A DNA stretch of 64,000 nt from an uncultured virus (IMG/VR IMGVR_UViG_3300030330_001898) (IMGVR_UViG_3300030330_001898:1-64000); one strand, 5' to 3'. Positions 17,689 through 27,236 are shown, counted from the first letter of the stretch. Numbers and translations are program-made. Notes: generated from the letters alone by a model not told the origin.

Positions 17689-18075
17689 CTATTTAATTTC
17701 CTTTTTTATCTTATCAAATACCTCTTTCTCGTTAAACCTCATACTAATACCAGGTTCAAATCTTCTAACCTCTTTACCATTTTTTAAAATAATAATTGTA
17801 GGCACAACTTTTATTTTCCATTCTTTTTGTATTACTGCACCAACAGCTTTATTTGTTAAATCTATTTCAGCTACATAACAATCTTTTAGTTTTTCTATTG
17901 GTAATCTATTTTTAAAATTCCAAGATGCATTGACTTGTATAACGGCACATTCTTCTAAACTTACTAATTGTATTTTTTGAAAATTGTCTAAGTTAACTGA
18001 TTGCGAGTGCAACGACGATTGCAGCAGCAATAAACCAAAGACACCAAAAAATAAATTGTAATATTTTTTCATCAT
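17689..18075 (-). CDS. exported thioredoxin-fold protein lacking CxxC
   Basis: Signal peptide; NASWN in place of WCxxC; IKVVPTIIILKNGKEV thioredoxin cis-Pro motif. Confidence 0.65.
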   Translation of the reverse strand: MMKKYYNLFFGVFGLLLLQSSLHSQSVNLDNFQKIQLVSLEECAVIQVNASWNFKNRLPIEKLKDCYVAEIDLTNKAVGAVIQKEWKIKVVPTIIILKNGKEVRRFEPGISMRFNEKEVFDKIKKEIK

Positions 18076-18084
18076 AGTCTTTCC

Positions 18085-18381
18085 TCATTTGTTATTCATG
18101 TCAATAAGCGTTTCAGTTATAGCTCTAGTATCTTCTTTAATATCGTCTACTTTTTCTTCTAACTTATCAACTTTACCTTCAGTATTTAATATTGACTCAC
18201 GAATCATCTGGTCTTTTAAATCATATTCCATACGTGATACTTCTGGTTCTGGTAATTCTTTAGCAAGTTCTATTTCTGCTTGAAGTGAATACCACATACC
18301 TATAACCATACCTATAGTTACAGCAATACTGATTGCAGTTTCTATAGAAAGTGTAAATTTTGTGTCTTTACCGACTTCCAT
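18085..18381 (-). CDS. single-TM coiled-coil protein (holin/spanin-like candidate)
   Basis: One N-terminal hydrophobic helix followed by a heptad-rich region. Confidence 0.5.
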   Translation of the reverse strand: MEVGKDTKFTLSIETAISIAVTIGMVIGMWYSLQAEIELAKELPEPEVSRMEYDLKDQMIRESILNTEGKVDKLEEKVDDIKEDTRAITETLIDMNNK

Positions 18382-18411
18382 TTTAGTCCCCTATTATTGT
18401 AAATTAAAGTT

Positions 18412-18429
18412 AGGGGGATTGCTCCCCCT
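18412..18429 (-). terminator. hairpin with GCAA tetraloop
   Basis: AGGGGGA-GCAA-TCCCCCT just after the stop of 18436-18600; weak U tract. Confidence 0.55.
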
Positions 18430-18435
18430 CCCTTT

Positions 18436-18600
18436 CTACTTTTCCTCTTTTGGTAGAGGAGGTATAACCTTAAAGCCTTGTTCTTTTAAACCAACAATAT
18501 AGTTATACATACCACGTAATTCAGCTATTTGAGCCTCAATAGATTTTAGAGTATCATCTAAATTCATTTCTTGTTGTTGCTCTACTTTTTCTTTAGCCAT
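18436..18600 (-). CDS. small coiled-coil protein (54 aa, not in ORF track)
   Basis: MAKEKVEQQQEMNLDD...; GGAG SD; similar in start and position to the ORF at 63807-64000. Confidence 0.6.
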   Translation of the reverse strand: MAKEKVEQQQEMNLDDTLKSIEAQIAELRGMYNYIVGLKEQGFKVIPPLPKEEK

Positions 18601-18669
18601 TATATTCTCCTTATTACTATTAATAGTTTTATAATTTATTAAGTATACATATTAATTTCCATAAGTATT

Positions 18670-18990
18670 TTATTGCCCAGGTCCACCACCAGCAATGTGG
18701 TCTCCGCCTATAGCATGACTCATGTGAAATGGTTGTGTAAGAAAATTTTGTAATTGACTAGTCGTTGCATTTGAATTTGGTGTGCTTTGTAATGGATTAT
18801 TACTGCCACCAATTTTTTCAAACGCACTACATGGACCACCAGTGCTAGTATTAGCAAAAGTATTTAATATACCATTTACTGTTACACCACCAACAAAAAT
18901 AGATTTCATGCTTAAATTAGTAGTTTGTACTACCTTACATTCATCAGCTATTTGTGCTTTTAACTTCACATTTGTATTACTTACTGCCAT
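18670..18990 (-). CDS. tail-fibre-associated hypothetical protein
   Basis: Translationally coupled downstream of the tail fibre. Confidence 0.55.
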   Translation of the reverse strand: MAVSNTNVKLKAQIADECKVVQTTNLSMKSIFVGGVTVNGILNTFANTSTGGPCSAFEKIGGSNNPLQSTPNSNATTSQLQNFLTQPFHMSHAIGGDHIAGGGPGQ

Positions 18991-19238
18991 TATTCAGCAT
19001 CTCTTATTGCTACATAGTCTGCCATTTCAGATTCACACTCAGCAAGTTGTGCTTCTAAATTAGCTTTATGTGCTTCACATTCTGATATAGCTTCATCTAC
19101 TAACTTAGTTTCAGTCCAATCTACTACTTCTACATTTTTACCAGCTGGACTTTTCATAGTTCTTGTATGTTTAATTTCAACCATTTTTGTTGATTCTTCT
19201 GGTGATGCTGCTTCTGTTGAACTTATTATTTTAGCCAT
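18990..19238 (-). CDS. tail-fibre-associated hypothetical protein
   Basis: Overlaps the fibre stop; C-terminal coiled coil. Confidence 0.55.
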   Translation of the reverse strand: MAKIISSTEAASPEESTKMVEIKHTRTMKSPAGKNVEVVDWTETKLVDEAISECEAHKANLEAQLAECESEMADYVAIRDAE

Positions 19239-22200
19239 TTAACTTCTCCTCTAATTTGTTTATTTGTTCTTGTTGTTGTTGAACTGCTTTAATTAATACA
19301 GCAGTTAATTTTTCATAATCCATTGTTTTAATCTTATCATCAAACCATTCATTGTCTTTTACAATTTCAGGTATTACTTCTTCTACTTCTTGTGCAATGA
19401 ATCCTATATCTTTCCTATTATCTTTCTTCCAATCATACTGCTTTGGTTTTAGTTTCATAATAGTATCTAAACCATATTCAATATCTTTAACATTTGTTTT
19501 TAGCTTTCTATCAGATGGTGTTGAAGAAAATGCTACTACATCATTTGATACATGAAAAGCACCAGTAGAAGTTATATTAATTCTATCTGCACCTGCGTCT
19601 GAATCTCTAATTCTTAATTTTTCTCCATTAGTTCCAATAGTTGTTATAGACCACCTATCAGTTCCATTTGTTCTAAATCTTATACCTGCATTACCATTAT
19701 GAGTTTCAGTTTCAGATATGATACCACCTGAGCCATGTCCAGTTCCACTTTCTTTTATGTGAAGTTTTGCAGATGCAAAAGCACTACCTGTACCAACAGC
19801 TAAACCTGTGCTATTTATTTGTGCAAAATATGTACCACCACCTGCACTTCTAAACCTATGCCCTCCATTGTCATAGTAATGATTAGCATCTCCATTATCT
19901 CCAAGAAATATAGCATTGACACCTTGTGGCGTTCTTAACATAGTATAAGTACCATTATTTGTTAATGTTATTACACTTCCATTATCTGAACTATGAGTTA
20001 TAACCCCGTCATCTGCTCTTATATATCCGTCTGTTTGTATATCTCCACCTGCTACTGATAATTTAAAGCTTGGTGAGTTAGTTCCTATCCCAACATTTCC
20101 AGTAGTATGAGCAATACAAAATCTTACTGCATGGCTTTGACTTTGGTCTTCTATACCCCAAAAAGATGAAGGAATATTTGAAGAACCTGAACTTGCACCA
20201 CCAACACCTGCATTCCAATTATATGCAGTATCTCTACCATATTTAATTGTAGCACCATAGCTTGCATCTCCTTGTAAATATATACATTCTCCATTAGTTG
20301 TAGAAGTTGCTATGTGTAAAGGTCTGGAAGGTGATGTAGTTCGTATTCCAACATTTAAATTTCCATCTACAGATAAAGCAGTACCTACACCAGTTCTACC
20401 TAAACCTACCATTTCATTACTGCCAAAAGAACTACCAAACTGAATATAACCCATATCAGTAGCATCTATTCTTCTTCTTATTCTTTCTCTTGTAGTAGTC
20501 CAATCACTACCATTTGATACTCTTTCAGTTGAAAATATTAACTGATTTACATTAGCAGATGAAGATTCAAGTTTTAAATTATCAACACTATCACCTGAAG
20601 TACCTCCAAGAGAAAAGTCGCTTGATGCGTGTCCAATATGTAAAGTAGCATCAGCAGTTGTATTTCCTATTGCAATTTTATTTGCACCACTATCTACAAA
20701 AAACATATAAGCATTATCATTAGACTCTACTCTAAAATCAGTAGTTGCGTATGAGCCGTCATTAATAATAACACCATTTGCACTGTCAACAATAAGATTA
20801 TGTCTACCACCTGCACTTAGTCCTAACGAGTCAGAGCCATTTCTAAACATACCTGTATCTGTATCTGATACAAAACTATAACTTGGAGTACCTGCACTTC
20901 CTAAAACATTATTTCTTATACCATAACTACCAAATCTTGCTCTTTCTACTGTATCTCCATAAATTTTAGTTTCTGATGCTTCAATTTCAATTCTATCATC
21001 ATCGTTTAATCCTCTTGCTAATCTAGCATTCACACCATGATTACTTCTATAATATCCTGTTTGTGAAGCATAATCACCTGGTGTTTCAGTCACATCGTAT
21101 TGAGTCATGTTAGCTATATACCAAGTAAAGGCTGAATCACTTCCACCTGAAACATAGATAAAACCAGAAGTACTGAATGTACCACCTGTTCCTGCATGAC
21201 ATACTCTTGCGTACCACTCCCATTTACCAGTACCTTCAGGTGAAGTTAAAAAATAATCGATAGCACCAGTTCCCATAGAGTTAGCTGCTGTATTAAATGT
21301 TCTACCACTTGGTAGTTTAGCTTGAAATATTTGTACAAATGTATGATTTTTTTCAGTATTTATAAGTTGATAAACACCACCAAAACCTGGGCTAGTAGTT
21401 CCATTACCATTGTAAGCAACCTTAATTACTTTACCACTAGAATTTGGAGGTACTATACCATCATCTGATGCTGTAATTCTTGAAACTACAAGATTCTCGC
21501 CTCCTGCATTATTATATCGAATTACACTATTACTGCTATGAGCAAAATCTTCATCTAAATATCTTTGTTTACCACTATTTCTAACAGATGCTACAATAGG
21601 ATGAAAACCACCTCTTTCTGAAGAATTACTGGTTACCTCGTATATTCTTCTGTCATCTATAAAATAACCATTACTATTTAATGTATTAATTCCATTGTTT
21701 GTTATTGATGCACGAACAACACCACCTGTTGAAAAACCTATTTGGTCTCCTGTCATTAGATACATACCTGTGTTTGTATCGCTAGAAAAACTATAAGCAG
21801 GATTACCTACTGAATGATTAGGTGCTCTAAATGTGGCATTACCAGTAATACCTTGACTCGCTCCATCTACAAAAAAACCGCCATCAGACCTAATATATCT
21901 TGGTGTATAAATATTTTTATTAGTAGACTGATTTATTCTTAACCAAGTACTATCAGTAGCTTGTATATCTCCTATAATAGTGCCACTTTCAGTAATATTA
22001 AGTCTTTCTGCATTAATTGTTCCAGATGATTTAACATCTCCTGCTATGTCTAACTTTACTGAAGGTGAGTTCGTACCAATACCAACCCTATCATTACCAC
22101 CATCAGTAAATAATAAATTAGCATCACTTGAACTTTCTACTCTAAAATCTATATTTTTACTTAATTCATTTATAACAACATTAGAATTATTTATTTCAAA

Positions 22201-24285
22201 TAAATTAATATCAGAACTATAAAATTTTACACCTCTTGCAGTAGGGCTAGTGCCATTTATTTCTTCTCCTGTTACAGTTGGACTTGCTTCTTGCGTAAGT
22301 GGATTTTCTATACTCCAATTAGGATTATATTTATCTCGTGTAAATGTTACACGCATTGATTGTGTATTTTCGCTTTGCGATGTGCTTATTTCAAAATATG
22401 CTTGTAACTCTGTTGTGCTTCCAGTTTCTATAATTCTTACTTTTGTAATATCGTTGGTTTGATTACTGACTTCACATCTTATTAAATTACCGCTCCAATC
22501 AACCTGAAAATCACAAGTAAAAGTTCTTGGACCAAAATATCCACCAGTAAAGCTAATACCAATAATTCCACCACCTCTTGCATTTGCAGCTGCTGCACTT
22601 GCTATTGTATACCAACCTGATACTGCAGGACTTGTAACACCTGCATAATCTGTAACTAATACACTACCTGCTCTATTAGTTCCGTGTGGGTCAGGAATAT
22701 TTATTGGAATCTTAGAGGAATCTATAATGGTAGTTCCGTCCATTTGATAAACACCATTTGTATTGATATTTCCTGATGTACTTATTGAACCAGAAAGACT
22801 GCCAAAGCTTAAAGCTCCAGTAACATTTAAAGCTCCAGTGACAGTTGCACCAGTATTTGTAGTTTCTATCTTGTTACTACCATCATAATAAATTAATGCA
22901 CCTCCATTTGCATTAAATCTAATAGCATTTTCAAATGCATTACCAACAGGATTGTGATGTCTAATCTGTAAATAATTACTACCTTCTAAAGTTTCTACAT
23001 CTATATTTTTATTACCATTACCAGTAAAGTCTAACTCACTTTGTAATTTTAATGCATTTTGAAAAGTTTTAGTACCTGTAAAAGTCTGATTACCAGACAA
23101 GTGTGCAGTATCTGCGTCTAATCTTGCAGAAGCAATAGTACCACTTGTTATATTGCTACCATTTAATCCAGATGAAGAAGTTAAAAATGCAGATGCGTGA
23201 CTACCGTCTAATGTGTCAGCGTCTAATCCACTATTAGCTCCGTCATTACCACTATGCCATATCTTGTTGTCATATCTACCTACACTATCAAAATTAGTTT
23301 CACTATCTCTACCAGCTCTAAAATATAATTCATCGTTATAATGTGCATAAAGTTCTAAACTTCTTGTACTTCCACCTACTCCAGTAAAAGAAACTAATAA
23401 AGTACTATGTCCAGTTTCATTTACTTGATATAGTCCAGTTGCTTTTGCATTTTCTGTTGTAGTTCCACCAGTTAAAGTGCCAAGATTTTCTTTAAAAACT
23501 GTTGAAGGTATTCTTGCATCTGCTATTGTTCCAGATGAAATTAAATTAGCTGGTATAGTATCTAATAATGCTAAATCACCTAATTGTAAATTAGTTCTTG
23601 CACCTGCTGCACTTGTAGCACCAGTACCTCCTTCTGCTAACGCTAATGCTGTACCTAATGTTAAAGAACCAGGTATATCAACAACTCCACCAGTAGTAAT
23701 ACTAAGTTGTGCAGTTGAGTTGTTTCTAAATTCATAAGTTTTTGAACTTGGATTTATAATGTTAGCAACAAAATAACTTTCACCACTACCAAATGTAGTG
23801 TATGTGGCATCATTTGTTTTTTGTAATTTTACTTGAGGATAAGCAGCGTTAATGTGTAAAGGTTGTGAAGGTGATGATGTTCCTATGCCTAATTGATTTG
23901 CTACATATAAATCTGAATTAGAATTATTACCAATAGCTACATTACCATCTACATATCTTTGAAGATGTAACCATGATGCACCATCTAATGATTTTATTTC
24001 TGAATTTGTGTTTAATTGTACACCTCTACCATTTGAACTATTTTCTATCTCAAAATGGTTTCCATCAAAAGTTAAACTACCTTCAGAATTGATACCACCA
24101 GAACCATCATCAGTAAGTAATTGATTGTTAGAGCCAGATGTAGGCGAAGAGCCAATAGGTGTTATGGTGCTACCTACTTTAGTATATAGTTGATTATTAG
24201 TATAATCATATACTAATTCGTATTCATCTATAGCACCTTGAGAAGGTGCACCATCTCCCCTTTTTATTAAGAACTTATTAGCCAT
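19231..24285 (-). CDS. long tail fibre with C-terminal peptidase S74 intramolecular chaperone
   Basis: Repeated VGIGTxSP units, DADTLDG motif, C-terminal SDRKLK...IGFIAQEVEEVIPEIV plus coiled coil. Confidence 0.9.
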   Translation of the reverse strand: MANKFLIKRGDGAPSQGAIDEYELVYDYTNNQLYTKVGSTITPIGSSPTSGSNNQLLTDDGSGGINSEGSLTFDGNHFEIENSSNGRGVQLNTNSEIKSLDGASWLHLQRYVDGNVAIGNNSNSDLYVANQLGIGTSSPSQPLHINAAYPQVKLQKTNDATYTTFGSGESYFVANIINPSSKTYEFRNNSTAQLSITTGGVVDIPGSLTLGTALALAEGGTGATSAAGARTNLQLGDLALLDTIPANLISSGTIADARIPSTVFKENLGTLTGGTTTENAKATGLYQVNETGHSTLLVSFTGVGGSTRSLELYAHYNDELYFRAGRDSETNFDSVGRYDNKIWHSGNDGANSGLDADTLDGSHASAFLTSSSGLNGSNITSGTIASARLDADTAHLSGNQTFTGTKTFQNALKLQSELDFTGNGNKNIDVETLEGSNYLQIRHHNPVGNAFENAIRFNANGGALIYYDGSNKIETTNTGATVTGALNVTGALSFGSLSGSISTSGNINTNGVYQMDGTTIIDSSKIPINIPDPHGTNRAGSVLVTDYAGVTSPAVSGWYTIASAAAANARGGGIIGISFTGGYFGPRTFTCDFQVDWSGNLIRCEVSNQTNDITKVRIIETGSTTELQAYFEISTSQSENTQSMRVTFTRDKYNPNWSIENPLTQEASPTVTGEEINGTSPTARGVKFYSSDINLFEINNSNVVINELSKNIDFRVESSSDANLLFTDGGNDRVGIGTNSPSVKLDIAGDVKSSGTINAERLNITESGTIIGDIQATDSTWLRINQSTNKNIYTPRYIRSDGGFFVDGASQGITGNATFRAPNHSVGNPAYSFSSDTNTGMYLMTGDQIGFSTGGVVRASITNNGINTLNSNGYFIDDRRIYEVTSNSSERGGFHPIVASVRNSGKQRYLDEDFAHSSNSVIRYNNAGGENLVVSRITASDDGIVPPNSSGKVIKVAYNGNGTTSPGFGGVYQLINTEKNHTFVQIFQAKLPSGRTFNTAANSMGTGAIDYFLTSPEGTGKWEWYARVCHAGTGGTFSTSGFIYVSGGSDSAFTWYIANMTQYDVTETPGDYASQTGYYRSNHGVNARLARGLNDDDRIEIEASETKIYGDTVERARFGSYGIRNNVLGSAGTPSYSFVSDTDTGMFRNGSDSLGLSAGGRHNLIVDSANGVIINDGSYATTDFRVESNDNAYMFFVDSGANKIAIGNTTADATLHIGHASSDFSLGGTSGDSVDNLKLESSSANVNQLIFSTERVSNGSDWTTTRERIRRRIDATDMGYIQFGSSFGSNEMVGLGRTGVGTALSVDGNLNVGIRTTSPSRPLHIATSTTNGECIYLQGDASYGATIKYGRDTAYNWNAGVGGASSGSSNIPSSFWGIEDQSQSHAVRFCIAHTTGNVGIGTNSPSFKLSVAGGDIQTDGYIRADDGVITHSSDNGSVITLTNNGTYTMLRTPQGVNAIFLGDNGDANHYYDNGGHRFRSAGGGTYFAQINSTGLAVGTGSAFASAKLHIKESGTGHGSGGIISETETHNGNAGIRFRTNGTDRWSITTIGTNGEKLRIRDSDAGADRINITSTGAFHVSNDVVAFSSTPSDRKLKTNVKDIEYGLDTIMKLKPKQYDWKKDNRKDIGFIAQEVEEVIPEIVKDNEWFDDKIKTMDYEKLTAVLIKAVQQQQEQINKLEEKLNG

Positions 24286-24294
24286 TACAACCTA

Positions 24295-25119
24295 TTATGT
24301 AGTATATGTTCCAAAATTTAAAGTAGTATTTGCAATACCACCTGTTAATGTAGCTGCTCCCGAACATTTAAATGTACCAGTAACATCAGTATTTTTATTT
24401 AATTCCCACTGAGTTCCGTCGTCATCATATAAAATGCTAGGACAACCGCTCCATCCACCTACAATAATACCAGCTCCATCTGACGTTGATGAGTTTGTTG
24501 CATTTTTACCAATTTCTACCACTTTATCTTCTACTGTTAAAGTAGATGTATTTAATGTAACAGTATCACCTTCTACAGTCAAATCTCCTGTAAGTGTAAG
24601 ATTTCTCATTCCTGTTAAATCTTTATTGCCGTCTAATATAACTGCTTTACTTGCAGATGCTGTACCAGCTGTAACTCCGTCTACTAAGTTCAACTCTGCA
24701 GCTGTTGATGTAACGCTAGTACCACCAATTTGTAATGTAGTCATATTCAACTCACCGCTTGAACCATAAATAGCTGCTTTACTATTTACAACTGTTCCAG
24801 CTGAAGCTCCATCTACTAAATTTAATTCAGCTGCTGTTGATGTTGTAGCTAAACTTAATCCTCCGTCATTAGCAATATTAAAGTCAGTTGTATCAATTTT
24901 AACAACACCTTTTTGATTTGAAGTTGCTACTGGTACTATGGTAGCACCAAGATCTGTTGTTGTTACATCTGATGCCTGTCCATTATTAGCTGTTTGTCTA
25001 CCTATGTATAATTTTTGCGATGCACCGTCGTATGCTAACTCACCAGTTAACAAATCATTAGTACCAGGAGCACCACTTTGTCCGAAGACATTTCTTTTAA
25101 TCTGTAATCTATTTGCCAT
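24295..25119 (-). CDS. short tail fibre/fibre-anchor protein
   Basis: N-terminal LQIKR...GELAY...KLYIG anchor similar to the long fibre; two TSTAAELNLVDG repeats. Confidence 0.7.
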   Translation of the reverse strand: MANRLQIKRNVFGQSGAPGTNDLLTGELAYDGASQKLYIGRQTANNGQASDVTTTDLGATIVPVATSNQKGVVKIDTTDFNIANDGGLSLATTSTAAELNLVDGASAGTVVNSKAAIYGSSGELNMTTLQIGGTSVTSTAAELNLVDGVTAGTASASKAVILDGNKDLTGMRNLTLTGDLTVEGDTVTLNTSTLTVEDKVVEIGKNATNSSTSDGAGIIVGGWSGCPSILYDDDGTQWELNKNTDVTGTFKCSGAATLTGGIANTTLNFGTYTT

Positions 25120-25128
25120 TATCCTCTC

Positions 25129-25383
25129 CTATGGTTGATAGCTCCCGCCATCTATTGTTTCAGTTTCTAGTACGACTGCATCAGCCACACTAATTGTTGT
25201 TTGTCCGTTTAATTCAGCAGTTTGTATTCCTGTACCTGCTTGAATATCTGAACTAAAATTATCTGCTTCTGTAATTGTTACATCTGCAGTTCCATTATCA
25301 ATTTTTAATTTATTATTATCATAAAAAACAATTTTTTTATATACATCTTTAATTTTATTTGGTCCTGTTAAACTTCCACCCAT
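25129..25383 (-). CDS. small tail protein
   Basis: Ends in IDGGSY, a motif common in phage tail modules. Confidence 0.5.
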   Translation of the reverse strand: MGGSLTGPNKIKDVYKKIVFYDNNKLKIDNGTADVTITEADNFSSDIQAGTGIQTAELNGQTTISVADAVVLETETIDGGSYQP

Positions 25384-25745
25384 TATGTTGTCACTCCTAT
25401 ATCATCATATATTGGTTCATTTACTTTACCATTTGGCTGAGGTATATCTGTATATATTGGTTCAGATACTTTACCTTTAGGTAAAGGTATCATACTATAT
25501 GTAGGTTCAGGAACTTTTCCATTATTACTTACAGGTATAGCAACATATGTCGGCTCAGCAACTTTACCTAATGGACTTGGTATTAAAGTATAAATAGCTT
25601 CATCAACCTTTCCATCAGGTGTTGGTATATCTATAAAATTACCATCTGTGTTATCATTAAAATGTTGTTCAAGATCATCAAACGATACATGAATATCGCT
25701 AAATGATGCTAAACCAAAGTTTCCTTTCTTCCAAGCATTAGCCAT
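25383..25745 (-). CDS. protein with five ~15-aa IPxPxGKVxEPxY repeats
   Basis: Repeats visible in the translation; TAATG coupling at both ends. Confidence 0.6.
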   Translation of the reverse strand: MANAWKKGNFGLASFSDIHVSFDDLEQHFNDNTDGNFIDIPTPDGKVDEAIYTLIPSPLGKVAEPTYVAIPVSNNGKVPEPTYSMIPLPKGKVSEPIYTDIPQPNGKVNEPIYDDIGVTT

Positions 25746-25918
25746 TATTTTCCTACTTTTCTCATAGCTTGTTTATGTGATGCTGTAAATGTAGCACCTT
25801 TCATCATAGCTTTTACCATAACATTTATATGATTTTTTGTATGATGTTTTGCATGTCTTTTCATAGTAGTCTGTTGTCTTTTTGTTAAACCAGATATATC
25901 TATATTTTTTATTTTCAC
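25745..25918 (-). CDS. small basic His/Met-rich protein (57 aa, not in ORF track)
   Basis: GTG start overlapping the upstream TAG; MKIKNIDISGLTKRQQTTMKRHAKHHTKNH...MRKVGK. Confidence 0.6.
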   Translation of the reverse strand: MKIKNIDISGLTKRQQTTMKRHAKHHTKNHINVMVKAMMKGATFTASHKQAMRKVGK

Positions 25919-26187
25919 TATTTGCTCCTTTTTGCAAATGTTTTTACATTGTTAGGTTTTTTACCTTTACGACCTTTACTTTCAGCTTTACGTTTTCTTC
26001 TAACAGCAGAAGCTATTTGAGACTTAGTCATACGTGCAGCCTTTGCAGCAGGTACACATTTAGGATATTTTCTTTTGCTTCCTTTAGCAGATTTACGACC
26101 ACACTTATTATATCCTCCATTCTTTTTTCTAGAACTAATATCTACCCAGTCTTCTTTAAACCACTTTTTTAAACCAGTCTCTGCCAT
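25918..26187 (-). CDS. small basic phage protein (DUF5872-like)
   Basis: GLKKWFKEDWVDI...CGR...YPKCVP motif. Confidence 0.6.
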   Translation of the reverse strand: MAETGLKKWFKEDWVDISSRKKNGGYNKCGRKSAKGSKRKYPKCVPAAKAARMTKSQIASAVRRKRKAESKGRKGKKPNNVKTFAKRSK

Positions 26188-26339
26188 TACTTGCCTTTTC
26201 TATATCTTCCGCCTTTTTTCTTATAACATCTAACAAGCCATGCATTAGCATAAGCAGATGGATAAACATCAAACTTACGTTTTGCTTGTGACTTGCAACT
26301 AGCATACAACGCTTTATCTATAGGATTATTTTTAGCCAT
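26187..26339 (-). CDS. small basic phage protein (50 aa, not in ORF track)
   Basis: MAKNNPIDKALYASCKSQAKRKFDVYPSAYANAWLVRCYKKKGGRYRKGK; TAATG coupling. Confidence 0.65.
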   Translation of the reverse strand: MAKNNPIDKALYASCKSQAKRKFDVYPSAYANAWLVRCYKKKGGRYRKGK

Positions 26340-26340
26340 A

Positions 26341-26520
26341 TTACTTCTTCTTTCTTTTTTTAGCTGCTAATATTTTTTTCTGTAAAGCAGGTGGTAATGT
26401 TTTTTGTTTAGCTGTTAAACCACCAGAAGCTTTTGTTTTCTTTTTTTTCTTTTTCATAGTTTTCTTTTTCTTTGCTGGTCTTCCTTTTTTACTACCGTAT
26501 GATCCTGCTCCGTATGGCAT
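26341..26520 (-). CDS. very Lys-rich protein (59 aa, not in ORF track)
   Basis: MPYGAGSYGSKKGRPAKKKK...LTAKQKTLPPALQKKILAAKKRKKK; GGAG SD. Confidence 0.65.
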   Translation of the reverse strand: MPYGAGSYGSKKGRPAKKKKTMKKKKKKTKASGGLTAKQKTLPPALQKKILAAKKRKKK

Positions 26521-26532
26521 CTTATTCTCCTT

Positions 26533-26817
26533 TTAGCACTTCCATCTTCTACGTGCTTGTCTTAGTCTTGAATTTGGATTTCTTGCTGCCTTTGGAAACT
26601 TCTTCATTTGTCCTGCTGATCTAGCACAAAATGATTTACGTCTCTTTGCAGCCTTGCTTCCCTTCTTTACTTTACCCGTAACTGCTGTCTTTAACTTACT
26701 ACCAGGGTTTAATCTTCTATAAGCTTTTACCCCAGCCTTAGTCATACCAGCACCTTTTTTAGTTGCTCTAAAATTTTTTTTATTTCTTGGTGGCATCTTT
26801 GCTTTTTTTCTTGGCAT
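26533..26817 (-). CDS. small basic phage protein (DUF6321-like)
   Basis: RRKSFCARSAG...NSRLRQARRRWKC motif. Confidence 0.65.
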   Translation of the reverse strand: MPRKKAKMPPRNKKNFRATKKGAGMTKAGVKAYRRLNPGSKLKTAVTGKVKKGSKAAKRRKSFCARSAGQMKKFPKAARNPNSRLRQARRRWKC

Positions 26818-26825
26818 ACCTACTC

Positions 26826-27236
26826 CTAATAATTACTTTGTTGTACGTGTCTCATGCCAGAAACTCTATTTCTATTAGCAAACATCTTACCTTCTTTAAT
26901 ACCTTTTTCAAATTTTGCATTAAAATATGGTGCCATTTGTATCATATCTGGTTTTGTTTCATATCCTAAGGCAATAGCTTTATCAACTAAATATTGATGA
27001 AACTGACCTGGCAATTCACTCTGATCACCCATACCACCAGTATCATCTTCTAAAGTTTTAAAATGATCTGCTTTCTTGTGATAAAATAATGTAATAGTAA
27101 ATGCTGCATCAACAGATGTAAATCTATTCTTCTCACTTTTTAGTGGATCATATAATGCAATACCTATTGAATCACGTTCAAACCAATAAACATACTGCTT
27201 TGTTGTTCTTGTATATACTCTACTATAATTTGGCAT
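26826..27236 (-). CDS. head-tail adaptor-like protein, C-terminal part
   Basis: ELPGQFHQYLVDKAI motif typical of podovirus adaptor C-termini. Confidence 0.55.
   Translation of the reverse strand: MPNYSRVYTRTTKQYVYWFERDSIGIALYDPLKSEKNRFTSVDAAFTITLFYHKKADHFKTLEDDTGGMGDQSELPGQFHQYLVDKAIALGYETKPDMIQMAPYFNAKFEKGIKEGKMFANRNRVSGMRHVQQSNY

Noticed and set aside
513..18600. Direct terminal repeat or exact duplication of 47969-64000
   Set aside because: Similarity is only at distant protein level with different gene content, so it is not a terminal redundancy.
19231..24285. Diversity-generating retroelement targeting the tail fibre
   Set aside because: No reverse transcriptase and no adenine-variable TR/VR pair noticed; the fibre ends in an S74 chaperone.
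526..25138. Many + strand ORFs of 60-144 aa antisense to the structural genes (e.g. 1423-1833, 6255-6689, 9741-10133, 24434-24769)
   Set aside because: Shadow frames of long - strand genes; Ile/Leu/Ser/Phe-rich, with no SD or motifs.
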